Assembly: GCA_965209095.1 (NCBI GenBank)
Contig: OZ242381.1
Coordinates: 5,198,667-5,262,666 of the forward strand
Direction of reading: 5' to 3'
Length of the DNA stretch: 64,000 nt
Source of the DNA: Candidatus Poribacteria bacterium
Lineage (GTDB): Bacteria > Poribacteria > WGA-4E > WGA-3G
In this document: positions 1 through 10,101 of the stretch, one piece after another
How positions within the stretch are numbered: position 1 is the first letter of the stretch
How the letters are laid out: every line of letters begins with the position of its first letter
The notes under the pieces: model-generated
Told to the model about the DNA's origin: nothing
Database searches by the model: none
What the model saw: only the letters and a program-made list of their open reading frames with translations
Made by a program: the position numbers and the translations under genes

Positions 1-771
1 CATACACAGATCCTTCGCGAACAAAACGTAAATATACAGCATCTAACTACGAATATTCGTAGAGATAAACGTTTTGAGAGCATGTTGATGAAAATTATGG
101 CCCGTGAGCAGGGCGTGGACTTCAATTTAGATGACGACATTATCAGTGAACTTGCAACTTTTGGTGTGATTCGAGAATCTACTGATAAAATGTGTGAGAT
201 TGCTAATCCGATATATCTCTTTCGTATCATGCGGACATTCAAACCCATGGTAAATGGGTTGGAGAACGATTACTTCTCTGAAGAAAAGGATGAATGTTCT
301 TTAGATTATCTAACTTCCGATGAACAGATTGATATGCCGCGTCTACTTGATAATTTCAGAGATTTTATCACACGTGCAGGTTTTCGTATCTTGCAAGTGC
401 CAGATAAACCGAAAGAGTATATTGGTCAGCATCTACTATATGCCTACCTTGATCAGTTCGTCCGAAGTGTAGGTGGAAATTTGTATCTGGAAGTGCAAAC
501 AGGACGTGGTAGAATGGATCTTCTTCTTATTCACAACCAACAGAAATACATCGTTGAAACCAAAATTTGGGAGGGAGACACTCGGTTTGCATCTGGGAAA
601 AAACAACTCTCTGCGTATATGGAATTGGAAGAAACAACAGAAGGTTACTATGTTGTATTTGATCACAGACAGAATCCAGAACCGCGAGTGGAAACAGAAA
701 CTGTCAACGGGATGTCAATACGTAGTTATGTCATTCCAATAGTGCAAGAACGTCCTTCATCAGAAAGGTGA
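1..771 (+). CDS. C-terminal part of an AAA-ATPase/PD-(D/E)XK nuclease-type protein (5' truncated by window edge)
   Basis: Frame is open from position 1; 'GRMDLLL...IVETKIW...QLSAYM' is a PD-(D/E)XK-like motif. Confidence 0.7.
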   Translation, partial: HTQILREQNVNIQHLTTNIRRDKRFESMLMKIMAREQGVDFNLDDDIISELATFGVIRESTDKMCEIANPIYLFRIMRTFKPMVNGLENDYFSEEKDECSLDYLTSDEQIDMPRLLDNFRDFITRAGFRILQVPDKPKEYIGQHLLYAYLDQFVRSVGGNLYLEVQTGRGRMDLLLIHNQQKYIVETKIWEGDTRFASGKKQLSAYMELEETTEGYYVVFDHRQNPEPRVETETVNGMSIRSYVIPIVQERPSSER

Positions 772-835
772 ATTGATATAGTGGCAAAGAACTCAGACAC
801 AAATGAATATAGATACTGAAAGGAACAGATGGAAC

Positions 836-1819
836 ATGAAAACTATTACCTATCGTGATGCTCTAAAAGAAGCACTGATAGAGGAAATGGAACGCGACGA
901 TGCTGTCTTTCTCATGGGGGAAGATATTGCCGAATATGGTGGGGCATATAAAGTTACGGATGGACTATACAAGCAGTTCGGAAAAGAGCGCATCCGAAAC
1001 ACTCCCATTTCTGAAGCGGCTATCATCGGTACAGCTTTGGGTGCCGCTGTTACAGGCATGCGGCCCGTAGCAGAACTTATGTACATTGACTTCACTGCTG
1101 TCGGTATGGACCAAATTGTCAACCAAGTTGCTAAAATACGATATATGGTGGGCGGACAGTTAGATGTCCCACTTGTTATCCGCACCCAAGGCGGGGCAGG
1201 TCGTTCCTCCGCTGCACAACACGCACAGAGCCTTGAGTCATGGTTTGTCCATATTCCTGGACTCCTCGTTGTCATGCCTGCTACGCCCTATGATGCAAAA
1301 GGATTGTTGAAAACTGCTATCCGAAACGACAACCCAATTATGTTTATTGAACACAAACTGCTTTATACGGAAGAGGGTGAGATTCCAGATGAGGAGTACA
1401 CAATTCCGTTGGGAGAAGCGGATATAAAACGGGAGGGAGAAGATATAACGATTTTAGCGACATCGCGTATGGTGTTGAAAGCACTTGATGCTGCTGAAGA
1501 ACTTACCGAAGATGGCATATCCGCAGAAATAGTTGACCCGAGAACTTTGATGCCACTTGATAAAGAAACCATTTTTGAATCAGTTAAGAAAACAAATCGC
1601 TTGCTAATTGCACATGAAGCTGTCGGTAGGGCAGGATTTGGTGCTGAGATCGCTGCGTTAGTTGTTCGTGAAGTGTTTGACTACCTTGACGCACCGATCG
1701 AACGCGTCACAGCTGCACCTGTTCCTGTCCCTTTCGCGCCTGTGATGGAAAACTTTGTTATCCCCGATACAGAACAGATTGTTGATGCTGCGCGGAAGTT
1801 AGTCAGATACGAAATATAA
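836..1819 (+). CDS. 2-oxoacid/acetoin dehydrogenase E1 beta subunit
   Basis: MGEDIAEYGG, NTPISEAAI and AAQHAQS motifs; ATG 836 is a more likely start than 803. Confidence 0.93.
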   Translation: MKTITYRDALKEALIEEMERDDAVFLMGEDIAEYGGAYKVTDGLYKQFGKERIRNTPISEAAIIGTALGAAVTGMRPVAELMYIDFTAVGMDQIVNQVAKIRYMVGGQLDVPLVIRTQGGAGRSSAAQHAQSLESWFVHIPGLLVVMPATPYDAKGLLKTAIRNDNPIMFIEHKLLYTEEGEIPDEEYTIPLGEADIKREGEDITILATSRMVLKALDAAEELTEDGISAEIVDPRTLMPLDKETIFESVKKTNRLLIAHEAVGRAGFGAEIAALVVREVFDYLDAPIERVTAAPVPVPFAPVMENFVIPDTEQIVDAARKLVRYEI

Positions 1820-1848
1820 TATCATTTAATAACAGAAGGAGAAATAAA

Positions 1849-2796
1849 ATGGATCTAACCGATTTGTTAGCTCTTATTAATCCGAAACGTATTTTATTTG
1901 TCATACTTGGAGTGCTAATATTGCTATGCTTAGCCACAAGTTTTTATACCGTTGAAGCAGACGAAATTGCTGTTGTACTCATGTTCGGTAAATCTGTCAG
2001 ACAAACCGAACCCGGTCTCCATTTTAAGTTGCCTCTCGGAATTGAGAGAGCAATTAACGTGCCTGTCAGGAAAGTTTTCAAAGAAGAATTTGGTTTTCGC
2101 ACTCTCAAAGCAGGGGTGCGGACACAGTACGATACTCGAGAATACTCAGAAGAATCCTTGCTGCTATCAGGAGATCTTAATATCGCTGACGTTGAATGGG
2201 TCGTTCAATATAAGATCAAAGACCCAACAGCGTTTCTATTTTCTGTCAGAAACCCACAACGCGCTTTGCGTGACCTTTCAGAATCTGTCATGAGTCGTGT
2301 GATTGGTGACAGACTTGTCACGGAAGTTCTAACAGTAGGTCGTATTGAAATCGCTGCAGAAGTTGAACAACACCTTCAGAAACTTCTTGATCTATACCAA
2401 ACTGGATTGGATGTTGCAAATGTTACCTTACAGGACGTAAATCCACCAGAAAAGGTGAAATCGGCGTTCAACGCTGTTAACGAAGCAAAGCAGGAAAAAG
2501 ACCGCCTCATCAACGAAGCGTGGCGGGATTACAACCAATCTGTTCCGAAATCAAAAGGTTTAGCACAACAACAAATTTCAGAAGCAGAAGGATACGCACT
2601 GAAACGAGTCAATCAAGCCCAAGGTGATGCAGACAGATTCAACGCAATTCGATCGGAATACCAAAAAGCAAAAGAGGTTACGCGACAACGCTTATATCTG
2701 GAAACAATGCAAGAGGTACTGCCACTCGTTAAGGAGATATATGTCATTGACGATAAAACCAATACACCGATCCCAATCCTACAGCTGACAGAATAA
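1849..2796 (+). CDS. hflK: FtsH modulator HflK
   Basis: N-terminal TM, SPFH domain, AEGYA...AQGDADRF; followed by hflC; GGAG RBS. Confidence 0.92.
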   Translation: MDLTDLLALINPKRILFVILGVLILLCLATSFYTVEADEIAVVLMFGKSVRQTEPGLHFKLPLGIERAINVPVRKVFKEEFGFRTLKAGVRTQYDTREYSEESLLLSGDLNIADVEWVVQYKIKDPTAFLFSVRNPQRALRDLSESVMSRVIGDRLVTEVLTVGRIEIAAEVEQHLQKLLDLYQTGLDVANVTLQDVNPPEKVKSAFNAVNEAKQEKDRLINEAWRDYNQSVPKSKGLAQQQISEAEGYALKRVNQAQGDADRFNAIRSEYQKAKEVTRQRLYLETMQEVLPLVKEIYVIDDKTNTPIPILQLTE

Positions 2797-2822
2797 ATTG
2801 AAACTACAATAGGAGTTATCTG

Positions 2823-3782
2823 ATGAAATTAAAAATACTCGTCCCAATAATTGTAATCATTATTTTATTTGTTCCAATTGCATTTAGTATGTTCTATGTT
2901 GTAAACGAAGCAGAACAAGTCGTCATCACAGAATTTGGTCGCCCTGTAGGAGAACCAATCGTTACAGCAGGTTTAAAAATTAAAACGCCCTTTATTCAAC
3001 AGATCCACCGTTTTGAGAAACGCGTGCTTGAATGGGACGGTTCCCCTAACCAAATTCCAACAAAAGATAAGAAGTTTATTTGGCTTGATACGACAGCGCG
3101 ATGGCGGATAAAAGATGCACTTCAATTCTATCAAGCACTCGGCACAGAAGTCCTGGCACAATCACGTTTGGATGACATCATCGATTCTGCAGCAAGGGAT
3201 TTAGTAACAGCACAACTGTTGATTGAAGTTGTGAGAGATTCCAACCGTGTGCTTACTCTTGATATAGAGACACTTGAGGAGGACGAAGGACAATCAGGTG
3301 AACCGCTTGAAGAGATAACGATTGGTCGAGAACAAATTACACAGAAAATACGAGAAAAAGTGCAAGAAACTGTACCGCAATATGGCATTGAACTTATTGA
3401 TGTTCAGATCAAACGCATCAACTATGTGGACGAAGTCCGCGAGAAAGTCTTTACGCGTATGATCTCCGAGCGACAACGTATCTCAGAAAAATACAAATCT
3501 GAAGGCGAAGGGGAAGCCGCAAAGATTAATGGTGAGAAGCAGAAAGAACTGGAACGTATCCAATCCGAAGCATACAAGCAAACGGAACAGATCAAAGGTG
3601 ATGCTGACGCACAAGCTATCCAGATTTATGCCGAAGCACACGGCAAAGATCCTGAGTTTTTCGCTTTCCTCCAAACCTTAGAGACATATCGCAAATCCAC
3701 AAATCCAAGCACAAAACTCATCTTGACAACCGATAGCGAACTCTATAAATATCTGAAAAATAGTCAGCTGCTTAGGCGTTAA
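2823..3782 (+). CDS. hflC: FtsH modulator HflC
   Basis: RMISER...SEGEGEA and DPEFFAF motifs. Confidence 0.93.
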   Translation: MKLKILVPIIVIIILFVPIAFSMFYVVNEAEQVVITEFGRPVGEPIVTAGLKIKTPFIQQIHRFEKRVLEWDGSPNQIPTKDKKFIWLDTTARWRIKDALQFYQALGTEVLAQSRLDDIIDSAARDLVTAQLLIEVVRDSNRVLTLDIETLEEDEGQSGEPLEEITIGREQITQKIREKVQETVPQYGIELIDVQIKRINYVDEVREKVFTRMISERQRISEKYKSEGEGEAAKINGEKQKELERIQSEAYKQTEQIKGDADAQAIQIYAEAHGKDPEFFAFLQTLETYRKSTNPSTKLILTTDSELYKYLKNSQLLRR

Positions 3783-4007
3783 TGTTTGCAGGATAATCCT
3801 TTTTGCGGTATAGTAATTAGTGGAGGTACTTGTGAGCGGACTTATTTTAGCTATAGAAGCATGGCAAGAAAGAAAAGAGAGAATCCGTAAAGAGAAATTA
3901 GCTGCGGGCTTCGTTTCCGCTTGCACGGCGCGTCGCATTGCCTTTTATTGATGCAACTGAATTTATGGGAACATATATCAATCCCACGATAAGAAAGGAA
4001 TAGATGA

Positions 4008-4439
4008 ATGACACGCATTAATTTAAATATACTTGTTATTGTCTGTATTTGTATGCTTGTTGGTGCAGTTAATGCACAAGATGCAACAATAAAAGGTGAA
4101 GTGATTGATACATCTCCAGAACAGAGACCGATAGAAGGCGTTACCGTAAAAATAGTGAATGCTGCAACTGAAGAAGTATTTACCCTCACAACTGATAAAG
4201 ATGGTTCCTATGAGAAGAAGGGATTACCCGCAGGTCGCTATATAATCAGTGTTTCTAAGAGTGGTTACGGAGACAGAATAGGCAAGTCAAAGGTGGTTGC
4301 TGCTGGTGGTGAAATATTTGACCGAATCAAGATAAGAAAACAGGAGAACATATTCACCTTTCTGTTTGATATTTACGGGTTTTTCATCGTTGGGGTTATT
4401 ATAGCATTTATTCTAATATTTACAGGAGCAGAGCTGTAA
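4008..4439 (+). CDS. Carboxypeptidase-regulatory-like domain protein with signal peptide and C-terminal TM anchor
   Basis: IKGEVID...PIEGVTVKI...TDKDGSY...LPAGRY; hydrophobic termini. Confidence 0.8.
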   Translation: MTRINLNILVIVCICMLVGAVNAQDATIKGEVIDTSPEQRPIEGVTVKIVNAATEEVFTLTTDKDGSYEKKGLPAGRYIISVSKSGYGDRIGKSKVVAAGGEIFDRIKIRKQENIFTFLFDIYGFFIVGVIIAFILIFTGAEL

Positions 4440-4469
4440 TTTCCTATCTTTTTTCACAGTCTACGGATT

Positions 4470-4493
4470 GTAGGAGGGGTTTCTAACCCCGAT
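4470..4493 (+). repeat. GTAG-type REP (inverted copy at 26154-26177; partial at ~4600-4614)
   Basis: GTAGGAGGGGTTTCTAACCCCGAT with GGGGTT/AACCCC stem. Confidence 0.75.
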
Positions 4494-4722
4494 TATCATA
4501 ATTGACATCAGAATTAGTTATTTTATGTTCTTTTTATCAATCCAAATCAACGCTGAATGTGCTTGGCAGAATACGCGTATGGTATTCTACATGATTCAGC
4601 GGGGTTAGAAACCCAATAAATACCATAGGCGTATTTGGCGTTGATTCACTCCTACAAATGATAGGTAGCAACTTAGGTTTAGATAGTTTCGTCTTATGAC
4701 AATCTGAAAAAGGAGTAAAAAG

Positions 4723-5202
4723 ATGACCCGCTTATGTTCATATATGATGTTTGTTGTGTGTATAAGTTTCTCAATCTGTCTCGGCAGTGATATCGGAGGA
4801 ATAGAAATCATTACAGACGGTGTAGGGGCAACAATCACAGGTGAAGTCCTTGAGGCAACTCCTGAACAAAGACCAATTGAAGGTGTTACCGTGAAAATAG
4901 TCAATACTGCTGATGGACAAGAATATATCGTCACAACAGATGAAAATGGCTATTACGAAAAAACTGGTTTACCTGCAGGTCGATATACAATAAGTGTATC
5001 TAAGAAAGGTTACGGAGACAGAATTGCTAAATCCAAAGTGGTTGCAGCCGGTGGTGAAATATTTGACATAATCAAGATGGCAAAGATACAATACATTCAC
5101 ACTTATCTACTGAAGCATCTTTTTACATGGCAGCTTCTTGTTGGTTTTGCCCTTGGTTTTCTTTTAGGTTTTTTCATAGATTCCAAAAGATCGCGTGTTT
5201 GA
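4723..5202 (+). CDS. Paralog of 4008-4439 (carboxypeptidase-regulatory-like domain plus TM)
   Basis: Shared core PEQRPIEGVTVKIVN...SKVVAAGGEIFD. Confidence 0.8.
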   Translation: MTRLCSYMMFVVCISFSICLGSDIGGIEIITDGVGATITGEVLEATPEQRPIEGVTVKIVNTADGQEYIVTTDENGYYEKTGLPAGRYTISVSKKGYGDRIAKSKVVAAGGEIFDIIKMAKIQYIHTYLLKHLFTWQLLVGFALGFLLGFFIDSKRSRV

Positions 5203-5211
5203 GGAAGGTAG

Positions 5212-6306
5212 ATGGCACACGTCACTCTGAAAGATGTCACCAAAATATACGACAACGATGTCCTGGCAGTTGAAAACGCTGACTTTCAAATCCCAGATGA
5301 ATCGTTTACTGTGCTTGTTGGCCCATCGGGGTGTGGTAAGTCAACAATCTTACGTATGATTGCTGGATTGGAAGAGATAACATCGGGTGACATTTATATT
5401 GATGACGACCGTGTTAACGATATTCCATCTAAGGATCGAGACATAGCCATGGTATTTCAAAACTATGCACTCTATCCACACATGACGGTGTATAAGAATA
5501 TGGCATTCGGACTAAAACTGCGGAAGTATCAGAAAAAGGAAATTGACGACCGAGTCAACGAAGCAGCCGACATTCTCAGTATTTCACACCTGTTGAACCG
5601 AAAACCGAAACATCTTTCTGGGGGTGAACGTCAACGTGTGGCAGTCGGCAGAGCCATTGTTAGGCAACCGAAGGTCTTTCTATTTGATGAACCTTTGAGC
5701 AACCTTGATGCGAAGCTGCGTGTGCAAATGCGGATGGAAATCAGTCGTCTTCATGATCGACTTAAAGCAACTATAATCTATGTCACGCACGATCAGGTGG
5801 AAGCGATGACAATGGGGGATCAGATTGTTGTGCTCAATGATGGGAAAATCCAGCAGATCGCAGATCCGGGTGATCTCTACCACAAACCTGCTAATCAATT
5901 CGTCGGGGGTTTCATCGGCACACCACCGATGAACTTTATTGATGCACAGATTGAGAAGAATAACGGCACACCAACACTGAAGTTTGAAGACTTCTTGTTG
6001 AAACTAAATCCTGAATTGCAATCAGTACTCAGTGAACTACCGGGAAACTCTGTTACACTCGGTATTCGTCCTGAAGATATTTATGTCGGCGAAAATGACA
6101 CCAATGAAGTTTTGACACAAGTGGAACTTGTTGAGCCGCTTGGAAACCATGCCCTTCTATATCTACGGACAGAGAAGAACAGCTTTGTCGTCCAATCCAA
6201 TCTGGATGATTTGCCACAACACAACACACCTTTGACGGTAAGTTTCAACACTGACAAAGCACATCTGTTCCACCCAGATACGAGCGAATCGTTGACTGCA
6301 ACATAA
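5212..6306 (+). CDS. Carbohydrate ABC transporter ATPase (UgpC/MalK/MsmX family)
   Basis: GPSGCGKS, LSGGERQR, FLFDEPLSNLD and a TOBE-type C-terminus. Confidence 0.95.
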   Translation: MAHVTLKDVTKIYDNDVLAVENADFQIPDESFTVLVGPSGCGKSTILRMIAGLEEITSGDIYIDDDRVNDIPSKDRDIAMVFQNYALYPHMTVYKNMAFGLKLRKYQKKEIDDRVNEAADILSISHLLNRKPKHLSGGERQRVAVGRAIVRQPKVFLFDEPLSNLDAKLRVQMRMEISRLHDRLKATIIYVTHDQVEAMTMGDQIVVLNDGKIQQIADPGDLYHKPANQFVGGFIGTPPMNFIDAQIEKNNGTPTLKFEDFLLKLNPELQSVLSELPGNSVTLGIRPEDIYVGENDTNEVLTQVELVEPLGNHALLYLRTEKNSFVVQSNLDDLPQHNTPLTVSFNTDKAHLFHPDTSESLTAT

Positions 6307-6330
6307 TGCATTATGATATAAACAAACCTT

Positions 6331-7353
6331 CTATAGTAGTGCCTGAATCTGCTGCCATGTCTCTGTATCTATCGGAATACCATCTTGTTCGCGTTTGCGT
6401 TGTTCATTCCAACCGCGTTCACCCGGCATCATAATCTCATCAACTCCAATAGCACGTTTTGCAGATTTGACATAATTGATAAAACGCTCTATCTCCGCAC
6501 TGAAGCCTGGAAACTCTTGAAAACTCACAACATTTATCACAAGCACAAATAACCCGTTGCCGACACGTGCATCTGGACTACGGCTGCACCCCGCACCTGT
6601 CAAAGCACCTGCAAGTATATCAACAATAATACTCAATCCAAAACCCTTGTGTGAAGCAATCCCTCCGAGTGGTAATATGGAAGCGGGAGGCATACCATAG
6701 AAATCATCAGCATCAGTTGTTGGTTCACCTTCTGAGTTGATTAACCAACCTTCTAAAAGTGCTTCATTGCGATGCTGTTTAACACGGATCTTGCCAGAAG
6801 CGACAACACTTGTGGACATGTCCAACACAATCGGATTCTGTCCTTGAATTGGCACTGCACATGCTATCGGGTTTGTAGAGAGTCTCCCTTCAACACCACC
6901 GTGCGGTGCGACACATGTGCCACCGCCGTGGTCGTTCACCATCAGAAGGGCAATCATCTCAGCACCTGCAGCAAGGCATGCATAACCACCTAACCTGCCT
7001 ACCTCATTGCACCGAGACACAGCAACCGAACTTACATCCGTTTGTTTTGCTTTCTGAATTGCCATTTCAACTGCACGCGTTGCAATGACAGGACCGAAAC
7101 CCCAATTGCCATCTAACACTGCTATGGACGCTGATTCATGAACGGTTTCAGTGGGTGCATTGGGTTGGATTAGTCCTGCTTCTAATTCACGCACATATTT
7201 TGGGAGATGAATCACACCGTGTGAATCGTGTCCAACACGATTAGCATCTACCATAGAACGTGTTACTATTTCTGCTTCGTCTGGAGGGACATTGTATTTT
7301 TGGAATACGTTCAGGCATATAGATATAAGTTCATCGGTTGTGACATTAGACAT
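6331..7353 (-). CDS. Ldh_2 family oxidoreductase
   Basis: GHDSHGV, TNPIA, LDMSTS and HKGFGL motifs. Confidence 0.92.
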   Translation of the reverse strand: MSNVTTDELISICLNVFQKYNVPPDEAEIVTRSMVDANRVGHDSHGVIHLPKYVRELEAGLIQPNAPTETVHESASIAVLDGNWGFGPVIATRAVEMAIQKAKQTDVSSVAVSRCNEVGRLGGYACLAAGAEMIALLMVNDHGGGTCVAPHGGVEGRLSTNPIACAVPIQGQNPIVLDMSTSVVASGKIRVKQHRNEALLEGWLINSEGEPTTDADDFYGMPPASILPLGGIASHKGFGLSIIVDILAGALTGAGCSRSPDARVGNGLFVLVINVVSFQEFPGFSAEIERFINYVKSAKRAIGVDEIMMPGERGWNEQRKREQDGIPIDTETWQQIQALL

Positions 7354-7360
7354 TGGTGAA

Positions 7361-8188
7361 TTATACGTCTTCTGTATGTTTAAGGATTTCTGCTATCCGT
7401 TTTGCAAAGCGGAAGGCACTGTTGTCCTCTGGTTCGTAACTGATTACCTTGCGTGCATTGGTAATACTCCAGAACTTATGTGAGTTGTCACTGATACCGT
7501 AAAATATCTGAAATGGGATACCGTTTTCGTCTTCTATGTTCTCTGTTTCAATGCTCTTGACAAAGAGTTGGACCTGATCACGGACACTCAAATATGCACC
7601 AAGTGCGCGGTGCATCTTATGATAATTGTCCGCTGTGATGTCATTCAAATCGGTTTCCCGTGGTGCACCGATACGGATTTGCACATTCTGCAGCTTCTTA
7701 TTCTTTCTGAAACCTGTCGCAAAGACAAAACCGAGATGTTCATACGCTTCTTTTGCCCATCCGTAGAAGTTATCTGACAACGGACGCATCTCAGGTGTTA
7801 CGAAGTCCCATTTTCCTGACCAGATAAGTTTTTCATAGTAGTCTGCCGCGTGGTTAGAACTACAGACAACGACGCGCCGCACATCCGTTTCCCAACTGGT
7901 ATGGTAGATGTTATATGCCATCTGTATGTTGTTGAGTTCATTCTCAAATCCGCCACCTTGAAATGCACAGTGCACAACAGCATCAACCCCTTCAAAATAG
8001 TGTTTGTACAATTCACGGTCAGGGTTGCTAACATCAACGATGTGAATATCTTTCATTTCTTCCCCTTGCCGATTTGTGTTTCGGACATCAAGTAGGACAA
8101 GATCGTAACGTTCACGAAATGCTGGCAGCATGCGTCCTGCGATATATCCTGCTGCCCCTGTGATGAGGACTTTTCTACGGTTTGGCAT
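7361..8188 (-). CDS. NAD-dependent epimerase/dehydrogenase (uronate dehydrogenase-like)
   Basis: ITGAAGYIA, SSNHA and YGWAK motifs. Confidence 0.85.
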   Translation of the reverse strand: MPNRRKVLITGAAGYIAGRMLPAFRERYDLVLLDVRNTNRQGEEMKDIHIVDVSNPDRELYKHYFEGVDAVVHCAFQGGGFENELNNIQMAYNIYHTSWETDVRRVVVCSSNHAADYYEKLIWSGKWDFVTPEMRPLSDNFYGWAKEAYEHLGFVFATGFRKNKKLQNVQIRIGAPRETDLNDITADNYHKMHRALGAYLSVRDQVQLFVKSIETENIEDENGIPFQIFYGISDNSHKFWSITNARKVISYEPEDNSAFRFAKRIAEILKHTEDV

Positions 8189-8235
8189 AATTCTTCCTTC
8201 ATTTTCAAATATTATTGCGAATAGAATGTGCGGAT

Positions 8236-9915
8236 CTACGGAATTTTCAACTTATCTTTACAGTGCCGGGCAAGGGTTTTCATCTCATCTATGACCTGAG
8301 ACTCTGTCTGCATGAGTTGACAATAGAAGGGTGGAACAGGTTCTCGTCTAAACAACTTATCAAAGAAACTGCGTTGTGCCTCTGCTGGCATCTCAAATCG
8401 AGATTTTTCTGTTCGTGATGGGTCTACTCCCAAATACTCAATGGAAAGATAATGTGCGCCATCATCTTTCTTCATCTCATCATTATAAATACTACCGGTA
8501 ACTTTGCGTCCATAACTCACAGTATAGACTCTACCCGTTGTTTGACTCAGGACGGTATAACCCCCTTCGTCAATAGATTCGTTCCAGCATTTCTCAAACC
8601 CATTCTTTGGCAGACGTTCGCGTAGTTCCTTTGCAGACCGCACAACAAATCGGTTTTGTTGCAGTCTTTTGGTAATCTGAAATTCATCGTCTTGCTCTAT
8701 TAGAGGAGGCGGACCGGATAACAGATCAACATTATCAAGAGTCCAGACTACACCTGCTTGCATCCCTTTTGCTAAGTTCAGGTGTTTTTCAACAAACTCT
8801 CCGTTGAGTGGGTGAAGTTGGAAGTTTCCGTTGCTATTGAAGTTAGCACGTAATTTTCTACGATGATCTATCACTGAGAACCGCTTATCAGGAAGCGGTA
8901 TCTCTAACTGTAGTGTATAACCTATATCCAAATCTGTTGTGAGATTGAGTTGTGATTTTCGGAGTTGTGCGAGTCTTGTCAATGCCGTTTGACTTTTGGA
9001 TAAAACGCGTCCAATTAGATATTGACTACGAAGGTTAGGAATTTCAGTCGCAAGACGTTCAAGTGTTGCTGCATCCAGTTTCTCCAACATCACTTTGTGT
9101 TCCCAACGCGTGCCGCGTTCGTGTGCCAAGATTTGGAACTGCTGTTTATTACCACTGGTACGAATATACCCAAGGGCAGTCCACGGGTCAAAGGTCGCGC
9201 GATAATATCCACTTGTTTCTACATCACCACCTGCTAAGACGCAATCCCGTCGTTCGTATCGGGAATAGAGACCGAATTGGAATTCATAGGATTCATAGTT
9301 CTCCAATGCTTTACGGAGATCGTGTGCAAACTCACTTCCACGAGAAAACCTGCTAAATATTTGTTCTGTCTGATGTGGTTGATTGAGTGCATCAAGGAAA
9401 GATCCGATTGGGATACCTGCCTCTTCAACGCCTTCGTCCTCACTTTTTCCGAACACTTTTGTTTTGGTTTTGAAGGGCGGATTACGAAGTGTCACATCAC
9501 GTTGCGAAACAAGTTGCACTGCGGGATCGTCAGACATACCAGCGAGCGTCGGTGCATCTCCGAGGATTTCAGCTAACTTTACATCATCAATCTTCTCCAT
9601 CAACACTGTGCCGCGTTTAAGTTCAGCGAAATGGATAATATCGTTGAGACTATATTGCAGTGGGGCACTGGATGATAAGTTGTCGTAATTAGAACGGTGG
9701 AAACGGATGCGTGGCTTTATCCGAAAGACAGGTGTGAGGCCGTAATCTTTCAGCAACGCATACAAAGTCACCGTATATGACTCCTCATGCACTTTCTGTG
9801 CAAGAATACCGCCATCGGATGTTATATTGTTGACGATTAATCGATCTTGTACAGGGCTGCTATCATTACTAAAAATCATCATCCGATGTTCTTCTCTATT
9901 GTCATCAACTAACAT
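8236..9915 (-). CDS. Putative VTC/CYTH (triphosphate tunnel metalloenzyme) protein with a second degenerate CYTH-like domain, 559 aa
   Basis: VTC-like motif order REEHR / YTVTLY / RIKPRIRF / AELKR / YERR / RATFD / WEHK / SKS; AGGGAGG RBS before ATG 9915. Confidence 0.6.
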   Translation of the reverse strand: MLVDDNREEHRMMIFSNDSSPVQDRLIVNNITSDGGILAQKVHEESYTVTLYALLKDYGLTPVFRIKPRIRFHRSNYDNLSSSAPLQYSLNDIIHFAELKRGTVLMEKIDDVKLAEILGDAPTLAGMSDDPAVQLVSQRDVTLRNPPFKTKTKVFGKSEDEGVEEAGIPIGSFLDALNQPHQTEQIFSRFSRGSEFAHDLRKALENYESYEFQFGLYSRYERRDCVLAGGDVETSGYYRATFDPWTALGYIRTSGNKQQFQILAHERGTRWEHKVMLEKLDAATLERLATEIPNLRSQYLIGRVLSKSQTALTRLAQLRKSQLNLTTDLDIGYTLQLEIPLPDKRFSVIDHRRKLRANFNSNGNFQLHPLNGEFVEKHLNLAKGMQAGVVWTLDNVDLLSGPPPLIEQDDEFQITKRLQQNRFVVRSAKELRERLPKNGFEKCWNESIDEGGYTVLSQTTGRVYTVSYGRKVTGSIYNDEMKKDDGAHYLSIEYLGVDPSRTEKSRFEMPAEAQRSFFDKLFRREPVPPFYCQLMQTESQVIDEMKTLARHCKDKLKIP

Positions 9916-9971
9916 GAACTTACCCTCCCTTGAAGAATACCAAATTAACTTGCTTATCTTTTTTGATAAAG

Positions 9972-10056
9972 GTAGCATTGCGAGGCACGGAAACCTCGCA
10001 CTACAATCTGAAATAATAATGTAGCATTGCGAGGCACGGAGACCTCGCACTACAAT
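9972..10056. repeat. Tandem pair of 36-bp GTAG-type palindromic REPs
   Basis: GTAGCATTGCGAGGCACGGA(A/G)ACCTCGCACTACAAT at 9972-10007 and 10021-10056. Confidence 0.85.
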
Positions 10057-10101
10057 ATGAGATAATTCGGTATAATATGTCTCAATGCCAAATTAAAAGA
10101 T

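Noticed and set aside
9916-10050. 45-aa N-terminal extension of the 604-aa ORF
   Set aside because: It runs through REP repeats; a strong RBS precedes ATG 9915.
9972-10056. 36-bp palindromic direct repeats as a mini CRISPR array
   Set aside because: Only two copies, a 13-nt gap, GTAG...CTAC REP structure and no cas genes.
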